64,000 nt of DNA from a virus. This document shows positions 1 through 11,748 of the stretch, one piece after another; position 1 is the stretch's first letter; the number at the start of each line of letters is the position of its first letter. A program made the translations under genes and the position numbers. The DNA is taken from positions 1,842-65,841 of IMG/VR virus record IMGVR_UViG_3300028498_000052; one strand, written 5' to 3'. Under the pieces are notes generated by a model. It searched no databases. It was not told where the DNA came from and saw only the letters and a program-made list of their open reading frames with translations.

Positions 1-2874
1 ATAGTAATCTTGTCCTCGCATGGCTTTATGACCAAACACGCTGTTGTCTAACCAGTACTCTATTAATGTATTGTTTTTATCATCAAACTTATAGGCTAGG
101 CGCTGAAAAGTATAGCTTAGGGTCATACCGACAAACATAATTGCCAATAGTGGCAGTGCTGGTAGTGCCGTTGGCGATGCTATTGCTAACAATCCTAAGT
201 TTAATCCAGCATAAGCTGATGCTGCGATAGAGAAACCCGCTCCAACTGTAAAAAAGCCAGAACTCTTATTACCATCATTAAACTTACGATGACCATAAAT
301 CGCTAAGCTTCCTACCTCAAATGTCGCGCCAACCACACCTAACCATCCTGCGCGATAGACAAGTTTATTTGCAAAACTGGTTCTACCAAACACACTAGCT
401 CCCGATGCTGCCACATCCATACTTGCTGTTACTAATGCAAGTCCAGAACTAATTGTGCCTAGCTGCTCTTGCGTTAACCGTAGTGGGTCGCCTGCGTATT
501 TTAATCTGGCAATCGCTGGTACACTGGCAATCACCGCATTCAGCTGAAAAAATGCAATGAAAGCCGATACTCCTCCTGTCGCACCCGTCGCTATATTCTT
601 GATGCTATTGTGCCACTCAATACCCCTTGCAGCTAATGCGTCAGCATCCAGCTGATCAAGATCAATAGGCTTTTGACCATCATTGAGCTGGCTTAACTCA
701 CTTATACCTTCACCTGTTACGCGGGCTTTATCAAAATATGATAAGACCCACTTTTCAGCCTGTTGTAGATTATCGATCTGCGGCGTACGCACAATATTAG
801 TATCAGTAACGGTTTCCAAGATACTGGTTACACCTCTTTGAGCTTGTCTGGCTCTTTCATTAATTCTATTAACGACTGATTTTGGAAGCACTGCACCTAA
901 GGCGAAATTTGCAAAGGCAGCCATAGTATCAGCCGTGGCAGTCACCTTTTTAGGAACAACTACTAATCCTGAATGACCATATACACTAAGCTCTAGTGCT
1001 TTATACAAATTTATAAACGCTTTTGAATCATGAAAACTCAATGCTAATAAATTTTGACTTAGTGTCTGAATCAATTTACCTTTATTGATATCAGCGCTTC
1101 GATTACTGTTGACTGTTATCTTATTCAACGTCTCAGCACTAACCCTTTCGACCATATAGTTTATTCCAGTACCTACTGCTTCAGAAGCTCTATCTTTCTT
1201 GCTAAAGCCATAAATAATCTCGACCAGCTCCTTATCCAAACCGCCAAGTGCTTTGAATAGCCAGTTTTGATTGATTTTGATGCTACTACTGATTTGAGGT
1301 AGTAATGCTTTTTTAAACTCCTCTTCAGTGGCCATATCACTTTTGGGTGCAGTAGATTCAAAAGCATCAAGCATGCTTTGTGGGATACCAATATTACTAT
1401 CATCAATACCGCATCCAGCGATACAAGAAGCAATCATCGCCTCAAAATCTTTAGCAGTCTGTTCATCGTGAACAAGCTCAATGTCAAAGTCATTTTCTAT
1501 AATAAATTTGAACTCTTCACTGGCGATTGCTTTGATAAAGACTTGACGAGCATTAACAATTTGCTCCTTAAGATCAATTATTTTTTGAGAAGACTGTAAG
1601 TAAGATTCATAACTGCTCTTATCGATATGCTTAAATATCAAATCATCTGGATCAGTATCTGAAAAACCTATATTAAGCAACGTTCCTACATAATCATTAT
1701 CCCCCCAGTTGAATAAGTCTTTTCCTTCAAACTGAGTAGTCTTTATACTTGATTTTTCAAGGTTTTTTATGATTAAAGCATTAATAGTTTTACGAATATA
1801 ATCATTATCTTCTGATAGTTCACTGAGTTGATTAATCAAATAGTTTCGTTTCTCCGCGGCTGCTATCACCTCTCCTACAGGGTCAGGTAAGGCGACCATC
1901 ATAAGTGTTACTTTTTTTAAAAATTTTAATTCTTCCTCATCAGCTTTAGTACCATTTCCATTACCAATAATTTCTTCAGTGCCCTCTATCTTTTCACTGA
2001 CACTTCTTTGCATACTTTGATACAGCGATAACGCAGTTCTTACACTTCCTAATATATCACTGCCGCCATTTCTCTCTAACACATTAGTTTTTTCGTTAAT
2101 ATCTCCACCTTGAGCAAGCTGCTTACGTTGAGAAAAACTTTTTATATACCCAACTTCATTAGTGCTCATATTAATGGTATTTGTATTGCCTATTAGTTCA
2201 TCAACGATAAACTTTTGCATACGTCTATTACGTAGCGTTTCATCTTCAATGTATCTTTTTAATACGGATTTACTCAGCTTGGCATGACTCACCATTAGCC
2301 ATGCCTTATCTCCTAGTAGCAAAGTAATATATTTGCTATCTAAGGTACTATGCCCTTTCTTGTTACAGTTAAATGGCTGTACCTCTTCGTCAAAACTGTC
2401 ACTGCCAGACTCATCGATATTTTGTACGTCTATTTGTCCAGATCGGCTGGCTCTTTCTTTAAAATTTTTGTCAATATATGAGTTAGTACGTTTTAATGCC
2501 CCGTCTGCACCTATGTAGTACTCATCAAAATTATATCCTTCAGTATCCTCTATATAACAATATAGATAGGCATGATTTGGTAGGCTCGCAACAGCAGTAT
2601 GACTGGATGGCATCGAGACAATTTCATGGGGGAAATATCGCTCATCCTGTAGTGTCACTTTATAATCCATCTTACTCAATACCACAGGTAATATCGGAAT
2701 ACCTGTTTTCCCGCATCCATAAGCGCATTTATTGGTAGCCGTTACTACGATGGTAGGTAATGTAGTCGAAGGTTCATCACTATCGAAAGGAGTTACAGGT
2801 ACAGCCTTACTTACTCTTTGTGGATTCTTATGCTCATTTGTCAATCTATTCATAAAGCTTAAGTCACTACTCAT
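1..2874 (-). CDS. T6SS effector, VasX/BTH_I2691-like (MIX-type N-terminus, C-terminal transmembrane region); partial, runs off the left edge
   Basis: ATG at 2874 overlaps the TGA of the DUF4123 gene. Hand translation gives MSSDLSFMNRL...CAYGCGKTGIPILPVVL...AYLYCY...FNCNKKGH...AWLMVSHAKLSK...RNRRMQKF. The same frame is open at bases 1-60 (EYWLDNSVFGHKAMRGQDYY), after hydrophobic helices (GFFTVGAGFSIAASAYAGLNLGLLAIASPTALPALPLLAIMFVGM). Frame was spot-checked, not checked at every codon. Confidence 0.8.
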   Translation of the reverse strand, partial: MSSDLSFMNRLTNEHKNPQRVSKAVPVTPFDSDEPSTTLPTIVVTATNKCAYGCGKTGIPILPVVLSKMDYKVTLQDERYFPHEIVSMPSSHTAVASLPNHAYLYCYIEDTEGYNFDEYYIGADGALKRTNSYIDKNFKERASRSGQIDVQNIDESGSDSFDEEVQPFNCNKKGHSTLDSKYITLLLGDKAWLMVSHAKLSKSVLKRYIEDETLRNRRMQKFIVDELIGNTNTINMSTNEVGYIKSFSQRKQLAQGGDINEKTNVLERNGGSDILGSVRTALSLYQSMQRSVSEKIEGTEEIIGNGNGTKADEEELKFLKKVTLMMVALPDPVGEVIAAAEKRNYLINQLSELSEDNDYIRKTINALIIKNLEKSSIKTTQFEGKDLFNWGDNDYVGTLLNIGFSDTDPDDLIFKHIDKSSYESYLQSSQKIIDLKEQIVNARQVFIKAIASEEFKFIIENDFDIELVHDEQTAKDFEAMIASCIAGCGIDDSNIGIPQSMLDAFESTAPKSDMATEEEFKKALLPQISSSIKINQNWLFKALGGLDKELVEIIYGFSKKDRASEAVGTGINYMVERVSAETLNKITVNSNRSADINKGKLIQTLSQNLLALSFHDSKAFINLYKALELSVYGHSGLVVVPKKVTATADTMAAFANFALGAVLPKSVVNRINERARQAQRGVTSILETVTDTNIVRTPQIDNLQQAEKWVLSYFDKARVTGEGISELSQLNDGQKPIDLDQLDADALAARGIEWHNSIKNIATGATGGVSAFIAFFQLNAVIASVPAIARLKYAGDPLRLTQEQLGTISSGLALVTASMDVAASGASVFGRTSFANKLVYRAGWLGVVGATFEVGSLAIYGHRKFNDGNKSSGFFTVGAGFSIAASAYAGLNLGLLAIASPTALPALPLLAIMFVGMTLSYTFQRLAYKFDDKNNTLIEYWLDNSVFGHKAMRGQDYY

Positions 2875-3743
2875 CCTGCTACTCCTTGACTTCTAGGCTG
2901 TTCCAAACCCTTAACTATATTCCTAACGGCTTGCTGTTGCGTAATTTGACGCTGAGCAATCAATAGTGCTTGGCTCAGTACAGTCTTATAAGATTGAACA
3001 TTGATTACCATTTGTTCTTTAAGCTGCCTTACTATCATATTTACCCACTCTGTCTGCTCAAGAAGGTGCCACTGCTGCTGATTAAATCTAAAGGGCAAAG
3101 GTCTTAGCTGCTCTAATGCCACTTGAGTATCAGACGGATATACTTCGCTAGGTGTCGGCAACGTTATCTCTGTAAAGGTGTTATTCCAGTCTACACAGTG
3201 CATACGAGGTAGACCCAATTGATATACTTGCAACTTTTGCTGACTAGTCCATAAATAGGGCAGTAGCTGTATTACTCTCGGATCCCAATAACGCAGATAA
3301 CGGCGCTTGTTTGATCCTAGTCCATACGCTTGACCTATCAGATACAGGTTCTGTTTGAGTTTTTCAGTAATCGGTTGCTCAAACAACCACAAGCAAATGC
3401 TACGTGAATGCGGACGACCTGCTATATCGTTGGTATTCTCATATATTGCTAGGGCCAATAACTGTTCTAGTAAGCGCTTACCAGTACTGTTACCTAACTG
3501 AATATTAACAACGACCAAGTCATCGCTAAAGGTATGGTGAATGCGCTTTATACGCTCAAATGGTAAATCTACACCGCAGTCAAGAACGTTAAAGACTTCA
3601 GCCCCATACGCATTTAGATCAATGAGTAGAGTGAGCTGCTGATAGTTATTATCAGCAATTATTTGATATACAGCTTCAAGCTGATTTTGGTACTGTTTCG
3701 TGGCTTGAATATCATCAAGGGGCTCTAGTTGTGGAAATAACAT
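2871..3743 (-). CDS. DUF4123 T6SS effector adaptor/chaperone (Tec/Tap-1 type)
   Basis: RYLRYWDPRVI motif typical of DUF4123; lies between vgrG and the effector. Confidence 0.85.
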   Translation of the reverse strand: MLFPQLEPLDDIQATKQYQNQLEAVYQIIADNNYQQLTLLIDLNAYGAEVFNVLDCGVDLPFERIKRIHHTFSDDLVVVNIQLGNSTGKRLLEQLLALAIYENTNDIAGRPHSRSICLWLFEQPITEKLKQNLYLIGQAYGLGSNKRRYLRYWDPRVIQLLPYLWTSQQKLQVYQLGLPRMHCVDWNNTFTEITLPTPSEVYPSDTQVALEQLRPLPFRFNQQQWHLLEQTEWVNMIVRQLKEQMVINVQSYKTVLSQALLIAQRQITQQQAVRNIVKGLEQPRSQGVAG

Positions 3744-3745
3744 AT

Positions 3746-6463
3746 TTAAACAGCTCCGCCTTTTTTGCCAGTGCTACCAGCCTTGGCAGAACAGTCGGCA
3801 AGCTCGTCCTGAGGCATGGTAATCGTTGGGCTACTTCCGCCCCCACTACCCCAATCCACCTTACTTGCTTTATAGCCCACTTGGCTTGGCGTGATAAAAG
3901 TCACATTACCGCCAGATATCTCAATACCACTGCCAGCAGCTTTTAAGGTCAACGTATCAGGGACAATAATCTCAATACTGTCTCGGCTATGGATGCGCAG
4001 TACTTGTTCACTATCGAGGCGCATCTCGCTTTGATGCGCTTGTATGGTCACATCACCATGGGCGGCGGTATGGGTTTGTGTTTTGTTTGAGTAGTAATGC
4101 ATGTCACCTGCGACCAACTGATTCATCTGCATTTGACTGTGATGATGGGTATCTGCTGCCGCATGACTATGCATACTTTGGGTGCTGGTAAATTGGCTAT
4201 GTTGTCCACTTAACAGTGCGAGGTGACGCTGGGAGTCGATTAGCAGGTTAGCTTGCTGCCATTGTCCAGACTCGCTCAGCGCAGCATCATTGGTATCTTT
4301 GCTAAACTTGGCAAATGGTGTTTGAGCGTCTTCTTGGTTTTGGCTACCTTTTGGTTTGTTATTGGCACCGCTAGCCAATCCAACGGGCTGATGGGTATTG
4401 GCGAGTTGCTCATACGCTTGTTGATGCTGATCAGCCGTTTGTAGTTTGCTATGACTGTCATGACTCATATGAGGGTTTGATAAGGGGTCTGCTTGCCGAC
4501 TACTGATATGCAGTCCTTTGCTACCTTGTACATTAGCGGCTGCCTCAGTTTCTATGCTGATGCCGCGTCCACGTGCAAGGCCGCGCGTGTGGTCAGTATG
4601 TTGATATAGATGACCGATGGTCAGGCTGCTTTGGTAGCTTGTACTATAGACATTGATTTGCGGACTCTCAGGATGGGCATCAAACATGAGCTGGTTGTAG
4701 CCGTTAGCGAGGCTGTCTTTGGTCGTATCTCCCGTACGGCTTGAGTCGATACTTTGGGTTTTAATACCGTCTATGGGATGGGCATGACTTTGATTAATGA
4801 ACCATGTCGGACTAGTCGCATCGATAAAGTCTGTATCACTTACTATACTGTTGTGCTGAGCATCACTGTTGCCCTGACCGTTGTGGGTGCTACCGATGAT
4901 GATAGGGTGATTGATATCACCACCGATAAAGTCGATCAAAACGTGTTGACCATGTCGCAGTGGATGGGTCTGTCCCATGTGGTCGGCAACTAGATGGCTA
5001 GCAATAGGTACCCAGTGAGACGTGTCACCATCATTATCTTGTCCGCCTTCATCATTTTGCCAGTGATAGCGAATGTGGGCACGATGATTACGATCAGTAT
5101 CAATAGCGCTGCCACTAGCAGTATCGACAATACTGGCACTCATCAGACCGGTGAGGCTAGGATGCGGTTGTCCAAGGTTTGCCAGCTGTTCGCCAAAGGG
5201 AATATGGTGATGGTGTGGAAATGGTAAGTAGCAAGCAGTGATATGATGGACGTGGTCAGTATCACTATGATCGTTCACATTAGGCTGTAAAGTAATGGGA
5301 TCAAAGGCTGCTATGCCCAACCAATCTGCGGGGAGGTGGTTGTTGATACGGTGATGAATAGATATGAGACTTATTGGCTCAGTCACATAAGGATTGCCAT
5401 CGAGATAGTGAGTACTCGGCAAATTGAGATGACGAATGTTACCAGCAAGGCTACCTACATTAGCAAGCTGCTGAGCATTCTTTTGATAGCGAATAGCCAA
5501 CTCTTCAAGCCCTTCATCATCAAAATGGGTATGGCTGTGTAAGAAGCGGGTATGACTATTTGGACTGTTCGATTCGATAGATTGTTCGCTAGTGCCGCTA
5601 CAAGTATAAGTACCTGTTAAGCGATTGTCATACCGATATAGGTCGGTTTGCTGGGTATGCTGCGCAACACGAGGTCGAATGGCAGTAACACGATCCTGTC
5701 TGTCGGCAAGGTTTGCTGGGTTTTGGCTTAAAGTGCTGCGAATGTCATTTGCGTCTGGACGCAATGCTTCGGCATTATGTGGCAATAAAACCAAAGTATG
5801 TTTGTCAGCTTCATGACGGTAGTAGCCTGTAACGCCATACAAAGCAAGATACTGAGTTAAATAAGCCAAATCCGTTTGATTGTATTGCACGCTGTGCTGA
5901 ATATGATAGTCGCTCAAACGCTCGTCGATCTCGATGTCCATCCCATAGGGGCTTAATATATCAGTGATGAGCTCGCTGAGGCTAAGGTGATGATGGCGAC
6001 GATTATGGCTAGCGAGACGTAGCTGGTTTAACGCAGGCTCGCAGACAATACGATAAGCTGCCATACCGCTATTGCTGCCCAGAGCTACTGCTTCCGTAAT
6101 AATTCCATGGCGAACTTGGCTAGGAATTGTAGCGTCGTCAGTGTTCCAATGAGTCGCCAGACTTTGCCCGAGCCAGTCTTTTATATTGAGTCCTGCCTGC
6201 GGATGCAATAAAGTGATGCTCATCCGGTAGCCGCAATATAGCGCAAGCTGGCGCTCTTGATAAGACTGCTGTCGTTGGTCGTGATGATAAGGGCTTGGAT
6301 AAGCAGTTGGCACCGGCATGAGAGCAGGTGTCTCCCAAACACTATCTGGCAGTGGCATTCCCAGCATGCTTTCAACAGTATCGGCTTGCTGAATAAGACT
6401 GGTGGCAATATCAGGGTGGGCACTACTGATTTGTAGATGTCGTTTTGTTTGAGTCCAAACCAT
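3746..6463 (-). CDS. vgrG: T6SS spike protein VgrG with DUF2345-type C-terminus
   Basis: VQYNQTDLAYL, PLRHGQHVLIDFIGGDINHPIIIGSTHN, NGYNQLMFD and GHL..RG.G motifs; C-terminal TLKAAGSGIEISGGNVTFITP. Confidence 0.9.
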   Translation of the reverse strand: MVWTQTKRHLQISSAHPDIATSLIQQADTVESMLGMPLPDSVWETPALMPVPTAYPSPYHHDQRQQSYQERQLALYCGYRMSITLLHPQAGLNIKDWLGQSLATHWNTDDATIPSQVRHGIITEAVALGSNSGMAAYRIVCEPALNQLRLASHNRRHHHLSLSELITDILSPYGMDIEIDERLSDYHIQHSVQYNQTDLAYLTQYLALYGVTGYYRHEADKHTLVLLPHNAEALRPDANDIRSTLSQNPANLADRQDRVTAIRPRVAQHTQQTDLYRYDNRLTGTYTCSGTSEQSIESNSPNSHTRFLHSHTHFDDEGLEELAIRYQKNAQQLANVGSLAGNIRHLNLPSTHYLDGNPYVTEPISLISIHHRINNHLPADWLGIAAFDPITLQPNVNDHSDTDHVHHITACYLPFPHHHHIPFGEQLANLGQPHPSLTGLMSASIVDTASGSAIDTDRNHRAHIRYHWQNDEGGQDNDGDTSHWVPIASHLVADHMGQTHPLRHGQHVLIDFIGGDINHPIIIGSTHNGQGNSDAQHNSIVSDTDFIDATSPTWFINQSHAHPIDGIKTQSIDSSRTGDTTKDSLANGYNQLMFDAHPESPQINVYSTSYQSSLTIGHLYQHTDHTRGLARGRGISIETEAAANVQGSKGLHISSRQADPLSNPHMSHDSHSKLQTADQHQQAYEQLANTHQPVGLASGANNKPKGSQNQEDAQTPFAKFSKDTNDAALSESGQWQQANLLIDSQRHLALLSGQHSQFTSTQSMHSHAAADTHHHSQMQMNQLVAGDMHYYSNKTQTHTAAHGDVTIQAHQSEMRLDSEQVLRIHSRDSIEIIVPDTLTLKAAGSGIEISGGNVTFITPSQVGYKASKVDWGSGGGSSPTITMPQDELADCSAKAGSTGKKGGAV

Positions 6464-6592
6464 GATAAGCCCTTCTCTATCCGTCCAACGGTTGAAATAC
6501 TAAAATCACAAAGTCAAGATAATAAGATTAAGCGTCTTTTGTACTGCCAACTAACTTACTAAGCTAAGCAATACTGTCCTGAATAATCGCCA

Positions 6593-7741
6593 TCAATACC
6601 CATCGTCAGACGACTCTCGTTTGGGCTGAATACCAATCATGTCAGAGAGCGTCGCTAATTGATCTTCATTTTTTATGATATGAGTCAGCCACTGATCCAG
6701 CGGCATATCTGCCCAATCAATCGCTCGTCCCAGCAAAAAAGTCACTGGGCTGTGCGGCTCATTGGTCGCAAAGTAATCTTGGATTTGACCCAATAACTTG
6801 AGGGCCTGCCGGCGGTTGCTTTGATGATCGCGATTGCTCGGATTAAAGCTGGTTGGCTTAGCGTTTGTAGAATTGCTTGCTTGTCCACCGTTATCCAAAA
6901 TAGACTCTTCATTTCCTATAACATCGGCTGTATTGTTATTTTCTGTACCAGCACCGTCTACATTGATAGTAGACTCTGGAAGCAATGAGCGCAGATGCTG
7001 ACTAAGGGCTGCCAATAAATCCGTCACTGGGGCAAACACGGGCGCATCCATACCCATGAGGTCGTTCAGCTGGTCAGTAAGCGCCTGCCATTGCTCAATG
7101 ATGGTCGTGAGATTGGTCATTAGCGTTTGTTGCCATGACTCACTACTGTTTTTTATGGCATGATTATAGTCACTCAGTATTAATTGGTTGGGCGTTTCAC
7201 CATCAGGATTTTGTTGACGCTGCTTGTCATGATCGCGAGCGGTTAGATAATAATTGTAATTATAATTGCCAGCTTTGGTATCAGAGAGCGATAACTGCTT
7301 AAGGTCATCAGTCAGTGTTTTGACAAACCATGACAGCAGTCCTGCCCTAATATCCATGCTGTCTTCTTCACCATCGAGTGGCGGATACATTGTGAGCCAG
7401 TATTCATCATTGAGTGCTTGTAATAGGCTAATGCCATGACTAATACCAGCTAAATGGTCGGTATGACTGAGCGCATCGACATACCAAAGCGCCAGCTTCA
7501 TGTCTTTACTGGTACGGCTCAATAACTCTGCACATTGCTCTTTGACAAAATCCCAATCAGCAATTTTTAGCTCAGTGACCCAGTTACCTTGTGCTAACAG
7601 TGGATCGTCCTCTTGACGAGCAGCAATGATGGCATCCACACGTGGGTCAAATATTAAATCTTCTCCCACGCCATGATGACTGCCATCAATAGGAGCAATC
7701 AGCGTGTCAATCGAGGTCATTAAAGAATGATCAGTTTTCAT
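6593..7741 (-). CDS. tssA: T6SS TssA (ImpA N-terminal domain)
   Basis: GEDLIFD..AR.EDDP..QG.W..ELK.ADW; SKDMKL; C-terminal EPHSPV.FL..RAI.WADMPL..WL. Confidence 0.92.
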   Translation of the reverse strand: MKTDHSLMTSIDTLIAPIDGSHHGVGEDLIFDPRVDAIIAARQEDDPLLAQGNWVTELKIADWDFVKEQCAELLSRTSKDMKLALWYVDALSHTDHLAGISHGISLLQALNDEYWLTMYPPLDGEEDSMDIRAGLLSWFVKTLTDDLKQLSLSDTKAGNYNYNYYLTARDHDKQRQQNPDGETPNQLILSDYNHAIKNSSESWQQTLMTNLTTIIEQWQALTDQLNDLMGMDAPVFAPVTDLLAALSQHLRSLLPESTINVDGAGTENNNTADVIGNEESILDNGGQASNSTNAKPTSFNPSNRDHQSNRRQALKLLGQIQDYFATNEPHSPVTFLLGRAIDWADMPLDQWLTHIIKNEDQLATLSDMIGIQPKRESSDDGY

Positions 7742-10638
7742 TATAGGGACTCTTCCTTAATCGGTTTTTTACGCTTTGTCTTTTTGGCTGGTGCATCCTT
7801 AGTGGCTTTTTTGCTGATCGGTTTTGTGGCTAAAATGGTCTCAGTATTAGAGCTACCCTCTATCTCAGTTTTGGTTTCACTGTATTGCGCCATTTGGTTG
7901 AGCGCCACAACAGAATCGCAGTCGAGGCGATAAGCAAAGTTATCATCGGCATCGACGAATACCGTAATCTTTCTTAGCACGCTTTGACTGTCATCATGAG
8001 CCAGTAGCTGACTTGCCAGCTGTGGCAATAGCGTATGACTAATGATGGCATCAGCGTTACGTGCACCCGAGTCAACTTCATGACAACGAGATAAAATCAG
8101 CTCAATTACTTCAGGGTCAATGACACAAGGCACGTCATAATTGTCACGAATACGATCGGTAATCTTGTTCAGCTTGAGACGAATAATTTCTGCCAGTGCG
8201 TCATCGGTCAACGGATAATAAGGAATCACCGTCAGACGACCCAAAAACGCAGGTTTAAAGGCTTTGTATAAATGCGGATTAATCACCTGCTTTAAACTAT
8301 CGCTGTCTGGCAAGCTAAAATCAGTATTAGCAGGATCTGTATTGATACACTGCTGCATAATCTGCGATGAACCAATATTGCTGGTCAATAAGATAAGGGT
8401 ATTTTTAAAATCGATTAAGCGGCCTTCGCTATCTTCCATGACCCCTTTATCAAAAACCTGATAAAACAAATCCAACACATCAGGATGCGCCTTTTCTACT
8501 TCGTCAAGTAACAGTACGCTATAAGGACGACGACGGATCGCTTCTGTCAACACGCCACCTTCCCCATAGCCAACATATCCTGGTGGCGAGCCTTTCAACG
8601 AGGCAACACTATGGGCTTCTTGATATTCTGAGAGGTTAATCGTAATAAGGTTACGCTCACCGCCGTACAGTACTTCAGATAGTGCCAATGCGGTTTCTGT
8701 CTTGCCTACGCCACTTGGGCCCACAAGCATAAATACCCCTTGCGGACGATTGGGATCATCTAGACGTGCTTTGGCGGTATGAATACGTTTGACGATGGCG
8801 GCAACAGAATGGTCTTGCCCAATGACGCGTGCTTGTAAGGTATCCGCCAAGGTTAATATATGGTTTTTTTCATTGCCTGTCATATCGTTAAGCGGAATAC
8901 CGGTCCAATCTGAGATAATCTGTTTGATGACTTGGCGATCCAATACGGCATGGATGAGTCGATGTGCTTCTTGTACCTGTTTTAGCGCTTGCTCAATCGC
9001 TTGATACTCGGCTTGTTTGTCTAAGCGCTCCTTTGCACTAAGGTTATCAGAGCCCTTAATTTTGCTATTCAACTGTTGATTAAGCACATCAAGTTGATCA
9101 TTAAGCGTACGCTGCTCTTGCCAACGAGCCGTCATATCAATAATGCTTTTCTGATTGGCTTGGCGCTGCTCATCAAGCACCGCTATCTGCTGGCTGACTT
9201 TTTCTTTTTCATCAACACCGCCAATACGCTCAAGCTGCTGACTGAGATTGTTGATATGCTGCTCTAACTGCGTGCCTTTTGCTTTTAATTTGTCGAGCTG
9301 ATTGGGCATAACAGTCTTTGATAAACTCACACGGGCGGCGGCAGTATCCAATACACTCACCGCTTTATCAGGCAGCTGTCTGTCACTAATATAACGGGCT
9401 GATAGCTCAACGGCTGCTTGTAGCGCATCATCATCTATCAAGATACCGAAATGCGCGTGCATTTTGGCGCTTAAGCCACGAATCATCGCCACTGCCGTGT
9501 CAATATCAGGCTCCTCGACTTTGACTACTTGAAAGCGACGCGACAATGCCGCATCTTTTTCGAAGTACTTTTTATACTCCGACCAAGTCGTGGCGGCAAT
9601 CGTTCGTAGCTCACCGCGAGCCAGTGCGGGTTTTAGCAAGTTGGCCGCGTCGTTTTGCCCTGCTTGACCGCCCGCCCCAATCAGGGTGTGCGCTTCGTCA
9701 ATGAATAAAATGATTGGCTGTACAGACGCTTGTACTTCTTCAATGACTTGCTTCAAACGATTTTCGAACTCGCCTTTGACGCTCGCCCCTGCTTGTAGCA
9801 GTCCCATATCGAGACTACGTATCGTCACGTCTTTGAGTTGGTCGGGAACCTGACCTGCCACTATTTTTTGTGCCAAGCCTTCTACTACGGCAGTCTTGCC
9901 CACCCCGGCCTCGCCCGTCAAAATCGGGTTGTTTTGGCGACGACGGATTAAAATATCGATCAATTGATGAATCTCAAACTCACGACCAATGACTGGATCT
10001 ATTTGCTCAGCAGTCGCTTTGGCGGTTAAGTCATACGTGTATTTGTCTAGCGCAGGTGTGGGCTGAGCCGTTTGCGCAATGTCTACATTCTTATTATCGC
10101 TGTCACCATCTGTTTTACTTTTGTTGAGATTGGCGGAACTACCGCCCTCAGTGCTACCAAGGCATTGACGCTCATAGTCGTCTTTTAGCGTAAAACGATC
10201 AATATACTGAAGCTGCTCAGGCAGCGCATGAAGCAATGGCTGATAACGCTCATGAGTCAAAAGCACCAGCAATATGTGTCCAGAGCGGATTTCTAGTGGA
10301 CTATTGTTATTCTCACTTTGGCTATATTGGCTACTTGCCAGCTCCCATGCATCTTCGAGCAATGCCATCAAACGCTCACTAAAGACAGGTGTTGAGCCTG
10401 TTGCCTGTCCAAACGCACCCAATAAATCTGTGATTTCTGCTAGTAGTAACGGCTGATTAATTTTATTCGCTTTCAATATTTGCGCCACATCATTATGCGC
10501 AGTGGCGATGAGTTCATGCAGCAAATGAATGGTATCTACTTCGCGATGTCCTTTATCAATACAAAGCCGAGCTGCCTGCTGCAAACACTGTCGGCAGCTC
10601 GGACTCAAGCGGGTAATCACAGCTTTTAACTGACTCAT
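7741..10638 (-). CDS. tssH: T6SS AAA+ ATPase ClpV/TssH
   Basis: Two Walker A motifs ([16 protein letters not shown]); [17 protein letters not shown]; [17 protein letters not shown]; extra Lys-rich tail. Confidence 0.97.
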   Translation of the reverse strand: MSQLKAVITRLSPSCRQCLQQAARLCIDKGHREVDTIHLLHELIATAHNDVAQILKANKINQPLLLAEITDLLGAFGQATGSTPVFSERLMALLEDAWELASSQYSQSENNNSPLEIRSGHILLVLLTHERYQPLLHALPEQLQYIDRFTLKDDYERQCLGSTEGGSSANLNKSKTDGDSDNKNVDIAQTAQPTPALDKYTYDLTAKATAEQIDPVIGREFEIHQLIDILIRRRQNNPILTGEAGVGKTAVVEGLAQKIVAGQVPDQLKDVTIRSLDMGLLQAGASVKGEFENRLKQVIEEVQASVQPIILFIDEAHTLIGAGGQAGQNDAANLLKPALARGELRTIAATTWSEYKKYFEKDAALSRRFQVVKVEEPDIDTAVAMIRGLSAKMHAHFGILIDDDALQAAVELSARYISDRQLPDKAVSVLDTAAARVSLSKTVMPNQLDKLKAKGTQLEQHINNLSQQLERIGGVDEKEKVSQQIAVLDEQRQANQKSIIDMTARWQEQRTLNDQLDVLNQQLNSKIKGSDNLSAKERLDKQAEYQAIEQALKQVQEAHRLIHAVLDRQVIKQIISDWTGIPLNDMTGNEKNHILTLADTLQARVIGQDHSVAAIVKRIHTAKARLDDPNRPQGVFMLVGPSGVGKTETALALSEVLYGGERNLITINLSEYQEAHSVASLKGSPPGYVGYGEGGVLTEAIRRRPYSVLLLDEVEKAHPDVLDLFYQVFDKGVMEDSEGRLIDFKNTLILLTSNIGSSQIMQQCINTDPANTDFSLPDSDSLKQVINPHLYKAFKPAFLGRLTVIPYYPLTDDALAEIIRLKLNKITDRIRDNYDVPCVIDPEVIELILSRCHEVDSGARNADAIISHTLLPQLASQLLAHDDSQSVLRKITVFVDADDNFAYRLDCDSVVALNQMAQYSETKTEIEGSSNTETILATKPISKKATKDAPAKKTKRKKPIKEESL

Positions 10639-10737
10639 AACTCTCTTCCTTTAGCATTCTTATTGATTTTGAAATTATAGTTATAGGGTTTATATATAGT
10701 GTGTACTGATAAACCGCTTCTGAACCCTAGTAGCCAT

Positions 10738-11748
10738 TTACTGAATCGGTAACGCATAGCGGGTGTCATCGTGATGCGCAGTAGCAGGCTGCGATACCAA
10801 AAAACCACCTCGTCCCAAGCCGCCAAAATGACTTTCTGATAAAGACAGTGGCGTAATATGTTGCTTATCCAATTCCAGCTGCATTTCAACCGCCAAACAT
10901 ACCCCGCACCATTTACGAATAAAGTCGATGATAACTTGGTACATATCGCCTGCAGGTAACAATCTGAGATAACGTTTGGCGTCTAGCTGATGAAATACAA
11001 TTCTGATCTTGCTATCAAACTGTACAGCACGCGCGCCACAAAATGCTGATAGCCCAAGCGTGGCATGTTGGCCGCCAAGCGCCGTCTGTTCAGTTGCGGG
11101 CAAATCAAACCATTCAGGCACAAACTGCTGCACACTCACGGTGCTGTCTAGAAAATGAGACAATACATGCGCCAATTGATCGGCAGTGAGACGTCCTGGG
11201 GCTATCATGCCTGCATAAGCAATCAAGCTATCGATTGCTGTAATCTTTTTAGGCTGGCGTGCCAGTGCCCGCAAGCTAAGCAAATAACTGTCCTTTTTGC
11301 GGTTTAATTCATACTGTAATGGCAAGTTATAAAACCAGCTCGCTTGGACATAAAGGTCTGTCAAACGATGATTAAACAAATCTAAAAAGGCTGGTGCCGC
11401 CTTATCTTTTACATGTTGTACTCGCGATGCCAAATGATCGGTATACATCGCTGGTAAAGTAGACAACGGCCCCGTCAAGCCGATCACTGCTGGATAGACT
11501 TCCACCTGCCTAACGTTTATCTGACTCGCATTGGCGTCCATACTGTCTTGAGCAATTAACGACAGTGACTCAATTTCAGCTTGCGGATAAGCCAGCGACA
11601 AGGAGGCACGGTAACGTATCTCAATAGGAGCATTGCCCATGTTGGGCTCATACTGAACCAAACGAAGCGCTTGCAATAGCTCATAAGTTTGAGGCGCTGC
11701 AATGAGATCGGTTAAATAAGAGGACTGAGACCACTGCGTGGCTGACAT
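10738..11748 (-). CDS. tssG: T6SS baseplate TssG
   Basis: GLTGPLSTLP..YT, AFLDLFNHRL, QFVPEW..LP..EQ..LG motifs; follows tssF. Confidence 0.92.
   Translation of the reverse strand: MSATQWSQSSYLTDLIAAPQTYELLQALRLVQYEPNMGNAPIEIRYRASLSLAYPQAEIESLSLIAQDSMDANASQINVRQVEVYPAVIGLTGPLSTLPAMYTDHLASRVQHVKDKAAPAFLDLFNHRLTDLYVQASWFYNLPLQYELNRKKDSYLLSLRALARQPKKITAIDSLIAYAGMIAPGRLTADQLAHVLSHFLDSTVSVQQFVPEWFDLPATEQTALGGQHATLGLSAFCGARAVQFDSKIRIVFHQLDAKRYLRLLPAGDMYQVIIDFIRKWCGVCLAVEMQLELDKQHITPLSLSESHFGGLGRGGFLVSQPATAHHDDTRYALPIQ

Noticed and set aside
1173-2738. Short ORFs in the track (1173-1433, 1378-1599, 2333-2518, 2496-2738)
   Set aside because: Shadow frames of the long effector gene at 1-2874
10635-10889. 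84-aa ORF between tssG and tssH as a remnant membrane-complex gene
   Set aside because: Mostly an alternate frame of tssG; no TssK/L/M-like features
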